Below are positions 1 to 13,260 of a stretch of DNA of 64,000 bases, in pieces. The stretch spans positions 1,364,001 to 1,428,000 of the forward strand of contig OX597841.1 of NCBI GenBank assembly GCA_951406725.2. Direction: 5' to 3'. A program made the translations under genes and the position numbers. Source of the stretch: Octopus vulgaris. Taxonomy: Eukaryota. Every line of letters begins with the position of its first letter. Within the stretch, counting starts at the first letter, position 1. The notes beneath the pieces are model-generated. The model did no database searches, was not told the origin of the DNA, and was given only the letters and a program-made list of their open reading frames with translations.

Positions 1-736
1 ATACATACATCCATTTATACATACATGCATACATACATACATGCATACATACATACATATATACATATAGATATACACACATGCATACATACATACATGC
101 ATACATACATACATATATACATACATGCATACATACATACATACATACATACATACATACATACATGCATGCATACAATCATACATACATACATACATAC
201 ATACATACATACATACATACATGCATACATACATACATGCATGCATACATACATACATACATACATACATACATACATACATACATACATACATACATGC
301 ATACATACATACATACATGCATACATACATACATGCATACATACATACATACATACATACATACATACATACATACATACATACATACATACATACATAC
401 ATACATACATGCATACATACATACATACATACATACATACATACATACATACATACATACATACATACATACATACATACATACATACATACATACATAC
501 ATACATACATACATACATACATACATACATGCATATACATACATACATACATACATACATACATACATACATACATACATACATACATACATACATACAT
601 ACATACATACATACATACATACATACATACATACATACATACATTCATACATACATACATACATACATACATACATACATACATACATACATACATACAT
701 ACATACATACATACATACATACATGCATACATACAT
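1..736. repeat. (CATA)n tetranucleotide microsatellite
   Basis: Near-pure ATAC repeats with CATG variants; source of the MYVC/HTYI pseudo-ORFs. Confidence 0.98.
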
Positions 737-771
737 AGAGGTGCAAACATACAAAGTGCGCTCAAATACAC

Positions 772-805
<34 letters not shown>

Positions 806-1053
806 GCCTAGTGGTTAAGGAGTGGTACTCACAATTGCTAGATAGCTGGTTCAGTTCCCAGATCGGGTCGCACATTGTGTTCTTGAGCAAAACATTTCAT
901 TTTACATTGCTCCAGGCCACGCAGCTGTAAATGGGCCGACCCTACAATGGACTGGTTTTCTGATAAGGGTGAATGTTGGCTAAAACGATGCAAAATGCAT
1001 TGTGACCAATGAGGTATAACAACATATGATAGTCTGCTCAATCACACAATTAC

Positions 1054-1094
<41 letters not shown>

Positions 1095-1097
1095 TCA

Positions 1098-2497
1098 ATC
1101 ATCATCATCATCATCGTTTAACGTCCGTTTTCCATGCTGGCATGGGTTGGACGGTTCAACCGGTGTCTGGGAAGCCAGAAGGCTGCACCAGGCTCCAGTC
1201 TGATCTGGCAGTGTTTCTACAGCTGGATGCCCTTCCTAATGCCAACCACTTCGTGAGTGTAGTGGGTGCTTTTTACGTGCTACCGGCACAGGGGCCAAGG
1301 GTGGCTGGCAAACGGCCACAATCAGTTGGTGCTTTTACGTGTCACCGACACGCATGCCAGTCAGGTTGCACTGGCATCTGCCACGTTCGGACGGTGCTTT
1401 TAACATGTCACCGGCACAGTTATCTTAACTACAATTTCCATTTGATTTTCATTTTGATTTTGGTGTTAACATACTTGACTCAATAAGTCTCCTCAAGAAC
1501 AGCGGGTCACTCTACGATCCAAGGTTAGCACAGCAGGCCGTCCCATGAGCCATAAACTCACTTCATTTGTCTGGTAGTGATTCTGCTATGACGGCCAGGT
1601 CATCAGCATAGAGGAGCTCCCAGGGGCAACCCATCTTGAATCCCTCTGTTATTTCCTGGAGGACTATGATGAATAGAAGGGGACTAAGGGCTGAACCTTG
1701 GTGGACCCCTACTTCTATCCGGAATTCTTTACTATACTTGTTGCCAAGCCTAACCTTACTAACGGCCTCTCTGTATAGGGCCTGTACAGCCCTTATCAAC
1801 CATTTGTCAATCTCCAGTTTCCGCATTGCCCACCAGATAAGGGATTGGGAGACCCTGTCAAAGGCTTTTGCCAAGTCTACAAAAGCAAAGTATAGGGGTT
1901 TATCTTTAGCTAGGTATTTCTCATGCAGTTGTTGAACCAGGAATATGGCATCAGTGGTGCTTCTACCCGGCACAAAACCGAACTGCATCTCATCTATGCA
2001 AACTCTCTCCCTGATGAATTGGGCTATGACCCTCTCCATGACCTTCATTACCTGATCCAGCAGTTTGATACCCCTGTAGTTATTTCTATCTAGAGCATCA
2101 CCTTTACCCTTGTAGCAGTTGACTATGGTGCTGCTACGCCAGTCGTTGGGTAAGACTCCGTCATGAACTACCTGGTTTACAATGCGGGTGATTCCTGATG
2201 GGCCTGAGGTTTTTCCTGGCTTCATACCCTTAATTGTTTTGTCTACTAAGGAGCTATCTATATGGATAGCTGGTCCTTCTACTGGGTCAACACTTGGCAG
2301 GCTCTCCTCCCATTCATTCTTCACATTCAGCAGTCTTTCATAGTGGCTTCGCCAAGCCTCTTTCTTTCCACCATCACTAAAAACAAGTGCCTCATCATCC
2401 ATTCGAACACATTTCTATCCTGTGACATCACAATTTTCTCTCACACACTGTCTTGTAATCTGAAATACCTCAGTTCTTTGGTCCTCACGTCTCTGGA
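1098..2497 (-). mobile_element. RTE-clade LINE remnant: reverse transcriptase fragment plus 3' UTR and (GAT)n tail
   Basis: ORF 1563-2402 has RT motifs (KGKGD..NYRGIKLL, QFGFVPGRSTTDAIF, FVDLAKAFDRV, GVHQGSALSPLLF, YADD). It continues after a deletion into a 3' region with GGAAGGGCATCCAGCTGTAGAAAC and a GAT-repeat end. Confidence 0.9.
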
Positions 2498-2614
2498 TGT
2501 ATATATATATTTTTGTAGTTTATAAATATGTATGTATGTGTGTGCATGTGAGAATGCATGTGTGCATGTGTAGTTATATGTCTTTAAATATATATATATA
2601 TAACGTCGCCTTAT

Positions 2615-2878
2615 TGGCACCTGTGCCGGTTGCATGTGTAAAAAGACTCGAGTGAGGTCATTGCCAGTACCGCCTGACTGGCCCTCATGCCGGTGGCATG
2701 TAAAAGCACCCACTACACTCTCAGACTGGTTGGCGTTAGGAAGGGCATCCAGCTGTAGAAACTCTGCAAGATCAAGATTGGAGCTTGGTGCAGCCACCTG
2801 GTTCGCCAGCCCTCAGTCAAAATCGTCCAACCCATGCTAGCATGGAAAGCAGATGTTAAACGATCATGATGATGATAA
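2615..2878 (+). mobile_element. 5'-truncated RTE 3' UTR copy (family C)
   Basis: Matches 1098-1480. Other copies near 16756-17040, 18225-18473, 27155-27288, 34225-34625, 42520-42787, 43169-43355, 50860-51145. Confidence 0.85.
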
Positions 2879-2891
2879 TGTATAAAGATTC

Positions 2892-2989
<98 letters not shown>

Positions 2990-3592
2990 GTATATATATA
3001 TATGTATATATATATATGTATATATATATAGTATATATATATATGTATATATATATGTATATATATATATGTATATATATATGTATATATATATATATGT
3101 ATATATATATATGTATATATATGTATATATATATATGTATATGTATATGTATATATATATATGTATATGTATATGTATATATATATATGTATATGTATAT
3201 GTATATGTCTCTTTACTTGTTTCAGTCATTTGACTGCAGCCATGCTGGAGCACCGCCTTTAGTCGAGCAAATCGAACCCGGGACTTATTCTTTGTAAGCC
3301 CAGTACTTATTCTATCGGTCTCTTTTGCTGAACCGCTAAGTGACGGGGACGTAAACACACCAGCATCGGTTGACAAGCAATGCTAGTGGGACAAACACAA
3401 ACACGCACACACACATATATATATATATACATATATACGACAGGCTTCTTTCAGTTTCCGTCTACCAAATCCACTCACAAGGCATTGGATCGGCCCGGGG
3501 CTATAGATAGATACTATGCCCATAGATGCCACGCATATACTGAATATATATATATATATTGTTTATATATATACTTACCATATATATATCCT

Positions 3593-3670
<78 letters not shown>

Positions 3671-3836
3671 TATAGATATATACATACATACACAGATTGA
3701 AAGAGAAATGCACATAAGCACATGTGCACACACACATACACACACACTTAACTTACCTAGGTACACATACACACCTACTCGACACATCACCACCCCCTAC
3801 CGCCGTTCTTAACCTCACACACTCATATGCCATTAT

Positions 3837-3882
<46 letters not shown>

Positions 3883-4126
3883 GTATGTCTATGTATTAGA
3901 GATTGAATCGATATACATTTGGAAACAAAACATTTCTCAAGGAAAAATTCTGAAATGATTCACCGGTGGTATTCAAACCAGGCATCAACCATTAAACTAC
4001 TTAGCGTTCTTTACACAGATACCTCTCTGCTCTCTGCATCTCTTTCTCAGCCATTCTCTGTTGCTCTGTCTCTCTGTATCTCTCGCTTTCTTTCCATATA
4101 TATATGTATATATATATATATATCTA

Positions 4127-4189
<63 letters not shown>

Positions 4190-4190
4190 G

Positions 4191-4270
<80 letters not shown>

Positions 4271-4413
4271 GTATATATATCTGTCTATATATATATATAT
4301 ATATGTATATATATGTATATATGTATATATATATATATGTATGTATGTATAAATATATATATATGTATGTATAAATATATATATATGTATGTATAAATAT
4401 ATATATATGTATG

Positions 4414-4447
<34 letters not shown>

Positions 4448-4712
4448 CTTATATATATATGTATATATATATGTATATATGGCCCAGGCCATGTATATAT
4501 ATATATATATCTATATATATATATATATGTGTGTATATATATATGTGTATATATATATATATGTATATATATATGTATGTATATACATATATATATATAT
4601 CAATCTCACTGTCTCTCTCTCTCTCTCTGTAGTTAAATGTATGTCAACATGTGTCTATGTACATATTTAAACCCCATTCATGGATATAAGTCTCTGCATG
4701 TGTGTATAACAC

Positions 4713-4743
<31 letters not shown>

Positions 4744-4889
4744 CATATATATATATATATACCATATAGATACATTGGGCCTGGTGCAGCCATCTGGCTT
4801 CCCAGACCCCAGTTGCACCGACCAACCCATGCCAGCATGGAAATGATGATGATGATGATGATAATGATATATATATATATATATATATA

Positions 4890-5300
4890 GGCTCAGGAGT
4901 GGCTGTGTGGTAAGTAGCTTGCTTACCAACCACATGGGTTCAGTCCCACTGCGTGGCACCTTGTTCAAGTGTCTTCTACTATAGCCTCGGGCTGACCAAT
5001 GCCTTGCGAGTGGATTTGGTAGACGGAAACTGGAAGAAGCCTGTCGTATATATATATATATATATATACATGTGTGTGTGTTTGTGTATGTTTGTGTGTT
5101 CGTGTTTGTCCCCACCAACATCGCTTGACAACCCATGCTGGATGCTGGTGTGTTTATGTCCCCGTAACTTAGCAGTTCGGCAAAAGCGAGAGCCAGAGAA
5201 TAAGTACTAGGCTTACACAGAATTAGCTGTGGGGTCGATTTGCTCGACCAAAGGTGGTGCTCCAGCATGGCCGCACCGAAATGCCTAAAACAAGTAAAGA
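4890..5300 (+). mobile_element. tRNA-derived SINE, family A
   Basis: Head GGCTCAGGAGTGGCTGTGTGGTAAG, B-box-like GGTTCAGTCC, internal (TA)/(TG) tract, tail ending CAAGTAAAG; more than 15 copies in the window. Confidence 0.85.
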
Positions 5301-5341
5301 AAGATACCATATATATCTTCTATGAATGCATATGTATATAC

Positions 5342-5372
<31 letters not shown>

Positions 5373-5614
5373 GGCAGACCAAAGCCTTGTGAGTGGATTT
5401 GGTAGACGGAAACTGAAAGAAGCCCATTGTATATATGTATATATATATATATATATATGCGTGTGTGTGTGTCTGTGTTTGTCCCCCTAGCATTGCTTGA
5501 CAACCGATGCTGGTGTATTTATGTCCCCGTTACTTAGCGGTTCGGCAAAAGAGACCGATAGAATAAGTACTGGGCTTACAAAAGAATAAGCCCCGGGGTC
5601 GAGTTGCTCGATTA

Positions 5615-6195
5615 AAGGTGGTGCTCCAGCATGGCCGCAGTCAAATGACTGAAACAAGTAAAAGAGTAAGAGAGTATATACATATATATATATACATGTA
5701 TGTATGTATGTAAAGGTGGTGCTCCAGCATGGCCGCAGTCAAATGACTGAAACAAGTAAAAGAGTAAGAGAGTATATACATATATATATATACATGTATG
5801 TATATATGTAAAGGTGGTGCTCCAGCATGGCCGCAGTCAAATGACTGAAACAAGTAAAAGAGTAAGAGAGTATATACATATATATATATACATGTATGTA
5901 TATATGTAAAGGCGGTGCTCCAGCACGGCCGCAGTCAAATGACTGAAACAAGTAAAAGAGTAAGAGAGTATATACATATATATATATACATGTATGTATA
6001 TATGTAAAGGTGGTGCTCCAGCATGGCCACAGTCAAATGACTGAAACAAGTAAAAGAGTAAGAGAGTATATACATATATATATATACATGTATGTATATA
6101 TGTAAAGGCGGTGCTCCAGCATGGCCGCAGTCAAATGACTGAAACAAGTAAAAGAGTAAGAGAGTATATACATATATATATATACATGTATGTAT
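5615..6195 (+). repeat. 98-bp tandem repeat (about 6 units) made of the SINE-A 3' end plus a TA tract
   Basis: AAAGGTGGTGCTCCAGCATGGCCGCAGTCAAATGACTGAAACAAGTAAAAGAG recurs every 98 bp. Confidence 0.95.
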
Positions 6196-6549
6196 GTATA
6201 TATATACACATCTATTATATATGCATTTATTGTATGCACTGCCATATAGACACATACCTGTCGATATAGATTTATCTATGTTCAAACATTTCTTTGTTCC
6301 AAATGGAGTAATGCTATATTTGAAGTGATGTACGTACACACACACACACACACACACACATCCACATTTCCACACATGTGCACGCACATACACTGCTGCA
6401 CACTTACATACGCATGCACAGTGTTCCGCACACGTGTATGCACACACACATACTGACATATACACTTACACGCCTGCTCGCTCTCATACGCCACGCATAC
6501 ATGCCCCACTTCACGTGCATTCACACTTCGGTCACTCACACACTCATAT

Positions 6550-6585
<36 letters not shown>

Positions 6586-6699
6586 ACATACACACATACA
6601 TGCACACACAAGCGCACACAACACACACACACACACACACACATTCACTCATATACATTCTCACAAACTCACTCCCACACACAGTCACTCACACACACA

Positions 6700-6731
6700 C
6701 ACACTCGCTCATATGCATTCATACGCACTCA

Positions 6732-6764
<33 letters not shown>

Positions 6765-7225
6765 GCTCATATGCATTCATACGCACTCACACACTCACAC
6801 ACACACACACACACACACACTCGCTCATATGCATTCATACGCACTCACACACTCACACACACACTCGCTCATATGCATTCATACGCACTCACTCACATAC
6901 ACACACACACAGACACTCACACACACTCGCTCATATGCATTCATACGCACTCACACACTCACCCACCCACACACACACACTCACTCATATGCATTCATAC
7001 GCACTCACTCACATACACACACACACACACACACTCGCTCATATGCATTCATAAGGACTCACACACTCACACACACACACACACACTCGCTCATATGCAT
7101 TCATACGCACTCACTCACATACACACACACACACACACACTCGCTCATATGCATTCATAAGGACTCACACACTCACTCACACACACACACACACACTCTT
7201 CGCTCATATGCATTCATACGCACAC
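6700..7225. repeat. Minisatellite: CTCGCTCATATGCATTCATACGCAC core separated by variable (CA)n
   Basis: About 12 copies of the core. Confidence 0.9.
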
Positions 7226-7230
7226 ACACA

Positions 7231-7269
<39 letters not shown>

Positions 7270-7556
7270 GATGATGATGAGAGAAAACAGATGAACACCA
7301 ATGTCTTCTTCATCTCTTTCACTGCTTCCTCTTACATCTCATTCTCCGCAATTACAAATGGATTCTCTGGCCCATCAATTAATCAGTTACTGTATTGTCT
7401 GTCTGTGTGTCAGTGGGGGAGAGCACATATGGCTTAGTGGTTAGGGTGTTCGACTCATGATCATAAGACTGTCGTTTCAATTCCTGGACTGGGCAATGTG
7501 TTGTGTTCTTGAGCAAAACACTTCACTTCACATCGGTCCACTCCACTCAGCTGGCT

Positions 7557-7775
7557 GTGGAGGCACATGGCCTAGTGGTTAGAGCAGTGGGCTTGCGGTT
7601 GAGATATCGTGGGTTCGAATCTCAGACCAGGCGATGTGTGTGTTTTTGAGCGAAACACCTAAGCTCCACGTGGCTCCAGCAGAAGGTAATGGCGAACCTC
7701 TGCTGACTCTTTTGCTACAACTTTCTCTCACTCTTTCCTCCTGCATCTTGGAGCTCACCTGCGACAGACCGGCCT
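7557..7775 (+). mobile_element. tRNA-derived SINE, family D
   Basis: A box TGGCCTAGTGG, B box GGTTCGAATC; related copies near 807-1050, 24184-24375, 30661-30956, 55103-55380. Confidence 0.75.
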
Positions 7776-7779
7776 CCCT

Positions 7780-7985
7780 GCCAAACACACTGTAACATGT
7801 CTTGAATAACATTTTCTCGCATTCCATTGATTCCTTGCTTGAGTTTCTCTGGGGCTGTAAGAAGAATAGGGATTTGACAAGTCCTTTTACATAACCCCAT
7901 AAGAAAAGATCACAAGGTGTCAAGTCAGCTAACCGTGGTGGCCATTTCAACAGCACATTGTCATTATTACTGGCATGCCTGATCC
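7780..7985 (-). mobile_element. Tc1-like transposase C-terminal remnant
   Basis: KWPPRLADLTPCDLFLWGYVK resembles the WPPRSPDLTPCDFFLWG motif. Confidence 0.8.
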
Positions 7986-8122
7986 AGAATTAGTTAAAAT
8001 TTGAGATAATTTAAGTGAGAAATGGCTTTGTTATTAGATTCCGAAATTATGTTAGATTTCTGGCGGGGACAGCCTGTATATGTCAAAGAAACCAGGACAT
8101 TATTTCTGTGCTTTTAATAGAG

Positions 8123-8560
8123 TTATGAGGTGGTATCAAAAAGTTCCAGGATTAGTTATGTTTAATAAAAAATGATTTATTTACCCAAGTTTTAACATCA
8201 TCTCCTTTGAGATTGTCACCTTGTGCAGTGATGGACTCGTCCAAGCATTCCTGCTACTTTTGGAAGTTATTTTGCATAAGCAAGTCAAAGACCTTCTGCT
8301 GTTCTCTCTGGGTCTCGACAACCGTGTTAAAACAGTGACCTTTGAGCTGCATTTCCATCTTGTGGAAGAGGTGGAAGTCCGCAAGTGCTAAATTTGGTGA
8401 ATAGGGTGGGTGTGGAAGTGATACCATGTTGCTTTTGGTGAGTAATGTTAAGATGAGAGCTCGGTGAAGAATCCAGTTCATTGCACCCCATGGATCCGGT
8501 TGCTTTCACCATATGCCTTCCCTCAAATGCTTCAAAACATTGTTTATTGTCCTCTAACAA
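8123..8560 (-). mobile_element. mariner transposase C-terminal remnant with terminal repeat
   Basis: LPHPPYSPNLALADFHLF motif; TIR-like end TATGAGGTGGTATCAAAAAGTTCC. Confidence 0.85.
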
Positions 8561-9030
8561 GCCTCATGCTCAAACTGATGAATTTTATCCACATTTCGAA
8601 AGGTGACACTCATGGCAGATCTTTCAGATCACTCATCTGTCACCACTCAATTCTCTTCTTCGTATTTGAATCTGGAACATGAGTTCACAATGAATTCTTA
8701 ATTAGCTGATTGTACAACCGTAGGTGCCACCCCTATGGCTGTGTTACAGTTTACTCTCTTGATAAAGCTTGGTGATCTGGATTGTTGATCTTTTAGGATT
8801 CCTCCGCTCACCATCAGTGTAAGAAACACCTTTGGCTCAGTTGAACTCTTCAGTTGTCTCTTCATAATCTTCTGTGCTGCAGTCCTAGGACTTCACCATA
8901 TCCCTGGCAGGGGTGGGTGGGTGGCATACATACATACATACATACATACATACATGCATACATGCATACATACATGCATACATGCATGCATACATACATA
9001 CATACATACATAAATACATACATACGTACG

Positions 9031-9064
<34 letters not shown>

Positions 9065-10514
9065 CACACATGCATACATACATACATACATATATACACA
9101 CATATAAACTTGCATACATACATACATACATATGTTTGTATGCATTATGTTTGTATGTATGTGCAATGTCCCTTCCTCTCTCTCCTCCTCTCTCACTCTA
9201 TGTGTACATTTCTGCACCATCATGCATATATGGGTATGTGTGAGAGTGTGTTTGCCTCCAGTGCTAAAACCTACAGCCACCCAAACAGGATGCATGTCCA
9301 GTTATCTGTACCAAATCGCCAGCATCCAAAAGGCCATTCTCAATCACCTTATTCCAGGTCTTTTTTATATTTTGCGGGTTACACTGTACACTGTGTCCGT
9401 CTTTATTTTAGATGACTATGTATCATTCGAGGGCATTTAGCTGCTAGCTCTAGCGGATGAAAGGACTACATGGAGGCTCCCTCTGTTGGTTTCTTATTGT
9501 AGTGTTTGTTTATAATGATAGCTGTGCCAGTGGTGAGAGTGAGATAGAGAGAGAGAGAGAGTGAAAAAGGTGATGGTTAGGATATAGAGGTATTGTGAGG
9601 GTTGGTGTAGGGGTGGCTGCATTGCTGGTGGTGGTGGTGTTGCTGCTGGTGGTAGTGGTGGTCATGTTAGGAGTAGAAGGGGAACAGTTAATGTCATGGT
9701 GGTAGTTGCAGTAGTCTGGTGATTTTGGTAGTGTGTTGGTAATAGTTTTTGGAGGTGGTTATGATCCTGCGGATAATGATGGTTTTGGTGTTGGTAATGG
9801 CAGTGATGGTGATGGTGGTAGTGGTGGCAATGATGGGGATAGCAGTGGGGTTGTTGAAATAAAGTTGTAGTCTGCGATGGCTAGTGGTGGTGGTGGTGGT
9901 GGTGGTGGTAGTGGTGGGGTAGTAGTTGTAATGGTCATGGTGGTGGTAGTGGTAGTGGTGATGGTGGTGGAAATAGTGGTGGTAGTGGAAATAGTGGTGG
10001 TAGTGGTAACACTGGTGGTGGTGGTGGTGGTGGTGGTGGTGGGAGTAGTGGTAACGATGGTTGTGGTGGTGGTGGTGGTGGTGGTGGAGGTAGTAGTTGT
10101 AATGGTCATGGTGGTGGTAGTGGTGATGGTAGTGATGTTGGTGGTTGTGGTGGTGGTGGCGAGGGGTGATAGTAGTAGTAGCGATGGTGGTGGAGGTAAT
10201 GATAGTGGTGGTGTTGGTGATGGTGGTGGTGCTGGTGGTGGTGGTGATGATGCTGGTGTTAGCAGTGGTAGTGTTTGTTTGTTTGTTTGTTTGTTGTATT
10301 GACAGCAGAAGTGGTCGAGGTTCTGTGTAGGTTGTGTGTACCAATTCACCTTAATCCTTGCCTTTCCATTTCGTAATCAGTCGAGATTTTTCACAAGAAT
10401 CAATATGTCTAGATATACAACACGAGACGAAGTGTTTCACACCAAATTTTCATCTCAAAAATTTTTTCTATTTTCACTTCTATATTATTATTTCATTTTC
10501 TTTCTTTCATTATT

Positions 10515-11385
10515 AGCGTGGTGGCAGAGTCGTTAGCACGCCAGGCGAAATGCTTAGCAGTATTTCGTCTGGCGCTACATTCTGAGTTCAAATTCCACCG
10601 AGGTCGACTTTGCCTTTCATCCTTCCGGGGTCGATAAATTAAGTACCAGTTGTGTACTGGGGTCGATCTAATCGACTGCCACCCCGCTCAAAAAATAATT
10701 TCGGGCCTTGTGCCTAGAGTAGAAAAGATTAATGTTATTACTATAAAGGCAGCAAGCTGGCAGAAACATTAGCACGCCGGGCAAAATGCTTAGCACTATT
10801 TCATCTGTCTTTATGTTCTGAGTTCAAATTCTGCTGAGGTTGACTTTGCCTTTCATCCTTTCGAGGTCGATAAATTAAGTACCAGTTACGCACACGGGAG
10901 TCGATGTAATCGATTTAATCCCTTTGTCTGTCCTTGTTTGTCCCCTCTGTGTTTAGCCCCTTGTGGGCAATAAAGAAATAAGAAATGTTTGCATGCCAGA
11001 CGAAATGCTTAGCAGTATTTCATCTGCAGTTACGTTGTGAGTTCAAATTCTGCCGAGGTCGACTTTCCCTTTCATCCTTTCGGGGTCGATAAAATTAAGT
11101 ACCTATTTCTTTACTACCCACAAGGGGCTAAACATAGAGGGGACAAACAAGGACAAACAAATGGATTAAGTTGATTACATCGACCCCAGTGTGTAACTGG
11201 TACTTATTTAATCGACCCCGAAAGGATGAAAGGCAAAGTCGACCTCGGTGGAATTTGAACTCAGAACATAGCGGCAGACGAAATACTGCTAAGTATTTTG
11301 CCTGACGTGCTAATGTTTCTGCCAGCTCGCTGCCTTTGATAAATTAAGTACCAGTTGTGTACTGGGGTTGATCTAGTCGACTGCG
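10515..11385. mobile_element. Cluster of tRNA-derived SINE family B copies (tandem and nested)
   Basis: Head GAGCTGGCAGAAACGTTAGC, B box GAGTTCAAATTCC, core GCCTTTCATCCTTTCGGGGTCGATAAATTAAGTACC (Meta/MESC-domain-like from memory), tail TAAAGAAATA. Confidence 0.88.
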
Positions 11386-11986
11386 ACGCTGGTAACGATC
11401 ACCCTCGAATGGTGCCCTTTTATGTACCACTGGCACCCTTTTCTAAAAATTGCTGGCATTGTGCCAATCATTATTAGTATATTGTCTGTGTGTCTTAGTG
11501 TCAGTGTTTGTCTCTAACATTACTTGGTAACCAGTGCTGGTTTGTTTACATTCTTCTAAGCAATTTTTCTGACATGGACTAAGACTACACCATCCAGTAT
11601 GTTGCCCCTTGTGATTGTTGCCATCATTGTTAACACCACCGCTGCTACTGCTGCTGCTGCTACTACTACTACTACTACTACTATCACCACCACCACCACC
11701 ACCACCACCTACTACTACTACTACTATATTACAAACACACCAGCAGCACTGCTATGCACACACACTCTTTCTCTCTCTCTCTCTCACACACACACACACT
11801 CACACACACACACTCTCCAGTATGTTATTGTGTTCTGTCAGACTATATTCAGAAAACCTATGATAAAAGGAGTTCCAAATATGACCACCATATCTTCGGA
11901 TTTCCAGGCATAAAAACAAATGCTCATAGAACACCTACCAAATTTCAAAAGTACTGGGATCGATCTGTTTGACTAACCCCTCCCGC

Positions 11987-12037
<51 letters not shown>

Positions 12038-12080
12038 AAACAAGTCAAAATAGAAAATGCTAAAATAATTTTATAAAGAA

Positions 12081-12128
12081 CATTTCAGTACCGGTTTCGG
12101 TCATTTTGAGACCTTTTCAACTGTAACG
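12081..12128 (-). ncRNA. Type I hammerhead ribozyme-like motif, U3-A8 variant
   Basis: CGTTACAG-TTGAAAA-GGTC(TCAAAAT)GACC-GAAA-CCGG-TA-CTGAAATG. Confidence 0.6.
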
Positions 12129-12256
12129 ATTAAATAATTAAATTTAGAAAAATTAGAAGAAAAGTTTTTTAAGGAATATTTGTATAGTGTTCAGATATAA
12201 GTGGCATTCTGCCTTTCTCTGACTCGCTTGTTTGCACTTGTGCGTTCGAGACCCTT

Positions 12257-12295
<39 letters not shown>

Positions 12296-12296
<1 letters not shown>

Positions 12297-12677
12297 TAAC
12301 AGTATCGCCCGGCGTTGCTCAGGTTTGTAAGGAAATAACTATAAAGCATTTTTAGAGAGTTATAGCCAAAAAATAGCAAAAAAATGGGAAAAAAATGATG
12401 GTAAATTTTTTTGAGAGTTAAAAAAGGTGGAGTTGCGTCCCCTAGACGATCTGTGGTTTGGGTTTATGATTCTCGACCCCATGTCGAATTTATCGATTTT
12501 TTTCAGAACTGGGGGAACTTTTCAAAATTTTCGCTGCGTTAGTTTTGAATTATGACATTGGGCTATGTGTGTGTCAAGTTTCATCAGAATCGGTTGAAAG
12601 CCGTGGTCAGAGTGAGGGTACGAGAAAACAGACACACAGAAAACGCACAGACAAACTGCCGTTTATATAGAGAGAGA
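12296..12677 (-). mobile_element. Non-autonomous Helitron-like element
   Basis: Minus strand starts TC(TC)TATATAAA and ends with hairpin CCTGAGCAACGCCGGG then TTAG, between A and T. Confidence 0.7.
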
Positions 12678-12889
12678 TATATATATGAATGATTTTTTTC
12701 TGTGTATCTTTCTGTCAAAGAGCGTAGGCTCGAAACGTAAAAGACTTTTTTTCTATTCCTGAGCGCTATACTAATACATTTGTTTTTTTGTACTCCACCT
12801 GCCTTCGTCTTTTGTTTATTTTCGTAAACTTTCCCTTTATATATATGTATGTATTTGTGTATCTGTGTTTGTCCCCTCACCATTGCTTG

Positions 12890-13260
12890 ACATCTTCATC
12901 TTCAAGGCTAAAATCTCCACTTCTGAATTTTGCAAACCATCTTCTGCAAGTTCTTTCATTCAAGCATTCTTTCCCATAAACTGAGTGTATGTTTCAAGTC
13001 GCTTTGGCTGCAGAGTTTCCTTTTTTGTACTCATAAAGCATTATATGCCCCAAATGCTCTTTGGATACTTCCATGCTAGAAAGGGTTTTAATCAAAGAAG
13101 TTTTAATTCTATTATTCAGTAAAATGATATTTAATTAGTTTAAATGTACACAAACACATAAAAATAATTTTTAATTCCATTACACATTCTAAAATACTAT
13201 TAAATTTCATTCAATTTTAAAAAAGGTAAACTCGGACAAAACTTATGGTATGACCTGATA
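12890..13260 (-). mobile_element. mariner transposase N-terminal (HTH) remnant
   Basis: From 13074: MEVSKEHLGHIMLYEYKKGNSAAKAT*NIHSVYGKECLNERTCRRWFAKFRSGDFSLED, with an internal stop. Confidence 0.85.

Noticed and set aside
15-818. Long ORFs (MYVC, HTYI, YI, poly-M/I/L/V/T) here and across the window
   Set aside because: They are translations of stop-free microsatellites
6700-7225. CRISPR-like look: constant ~25-bp core with variable spacers
   Set aside because: Spacers are only (CA)n, there are no cas genes, and the context is eukaryotic
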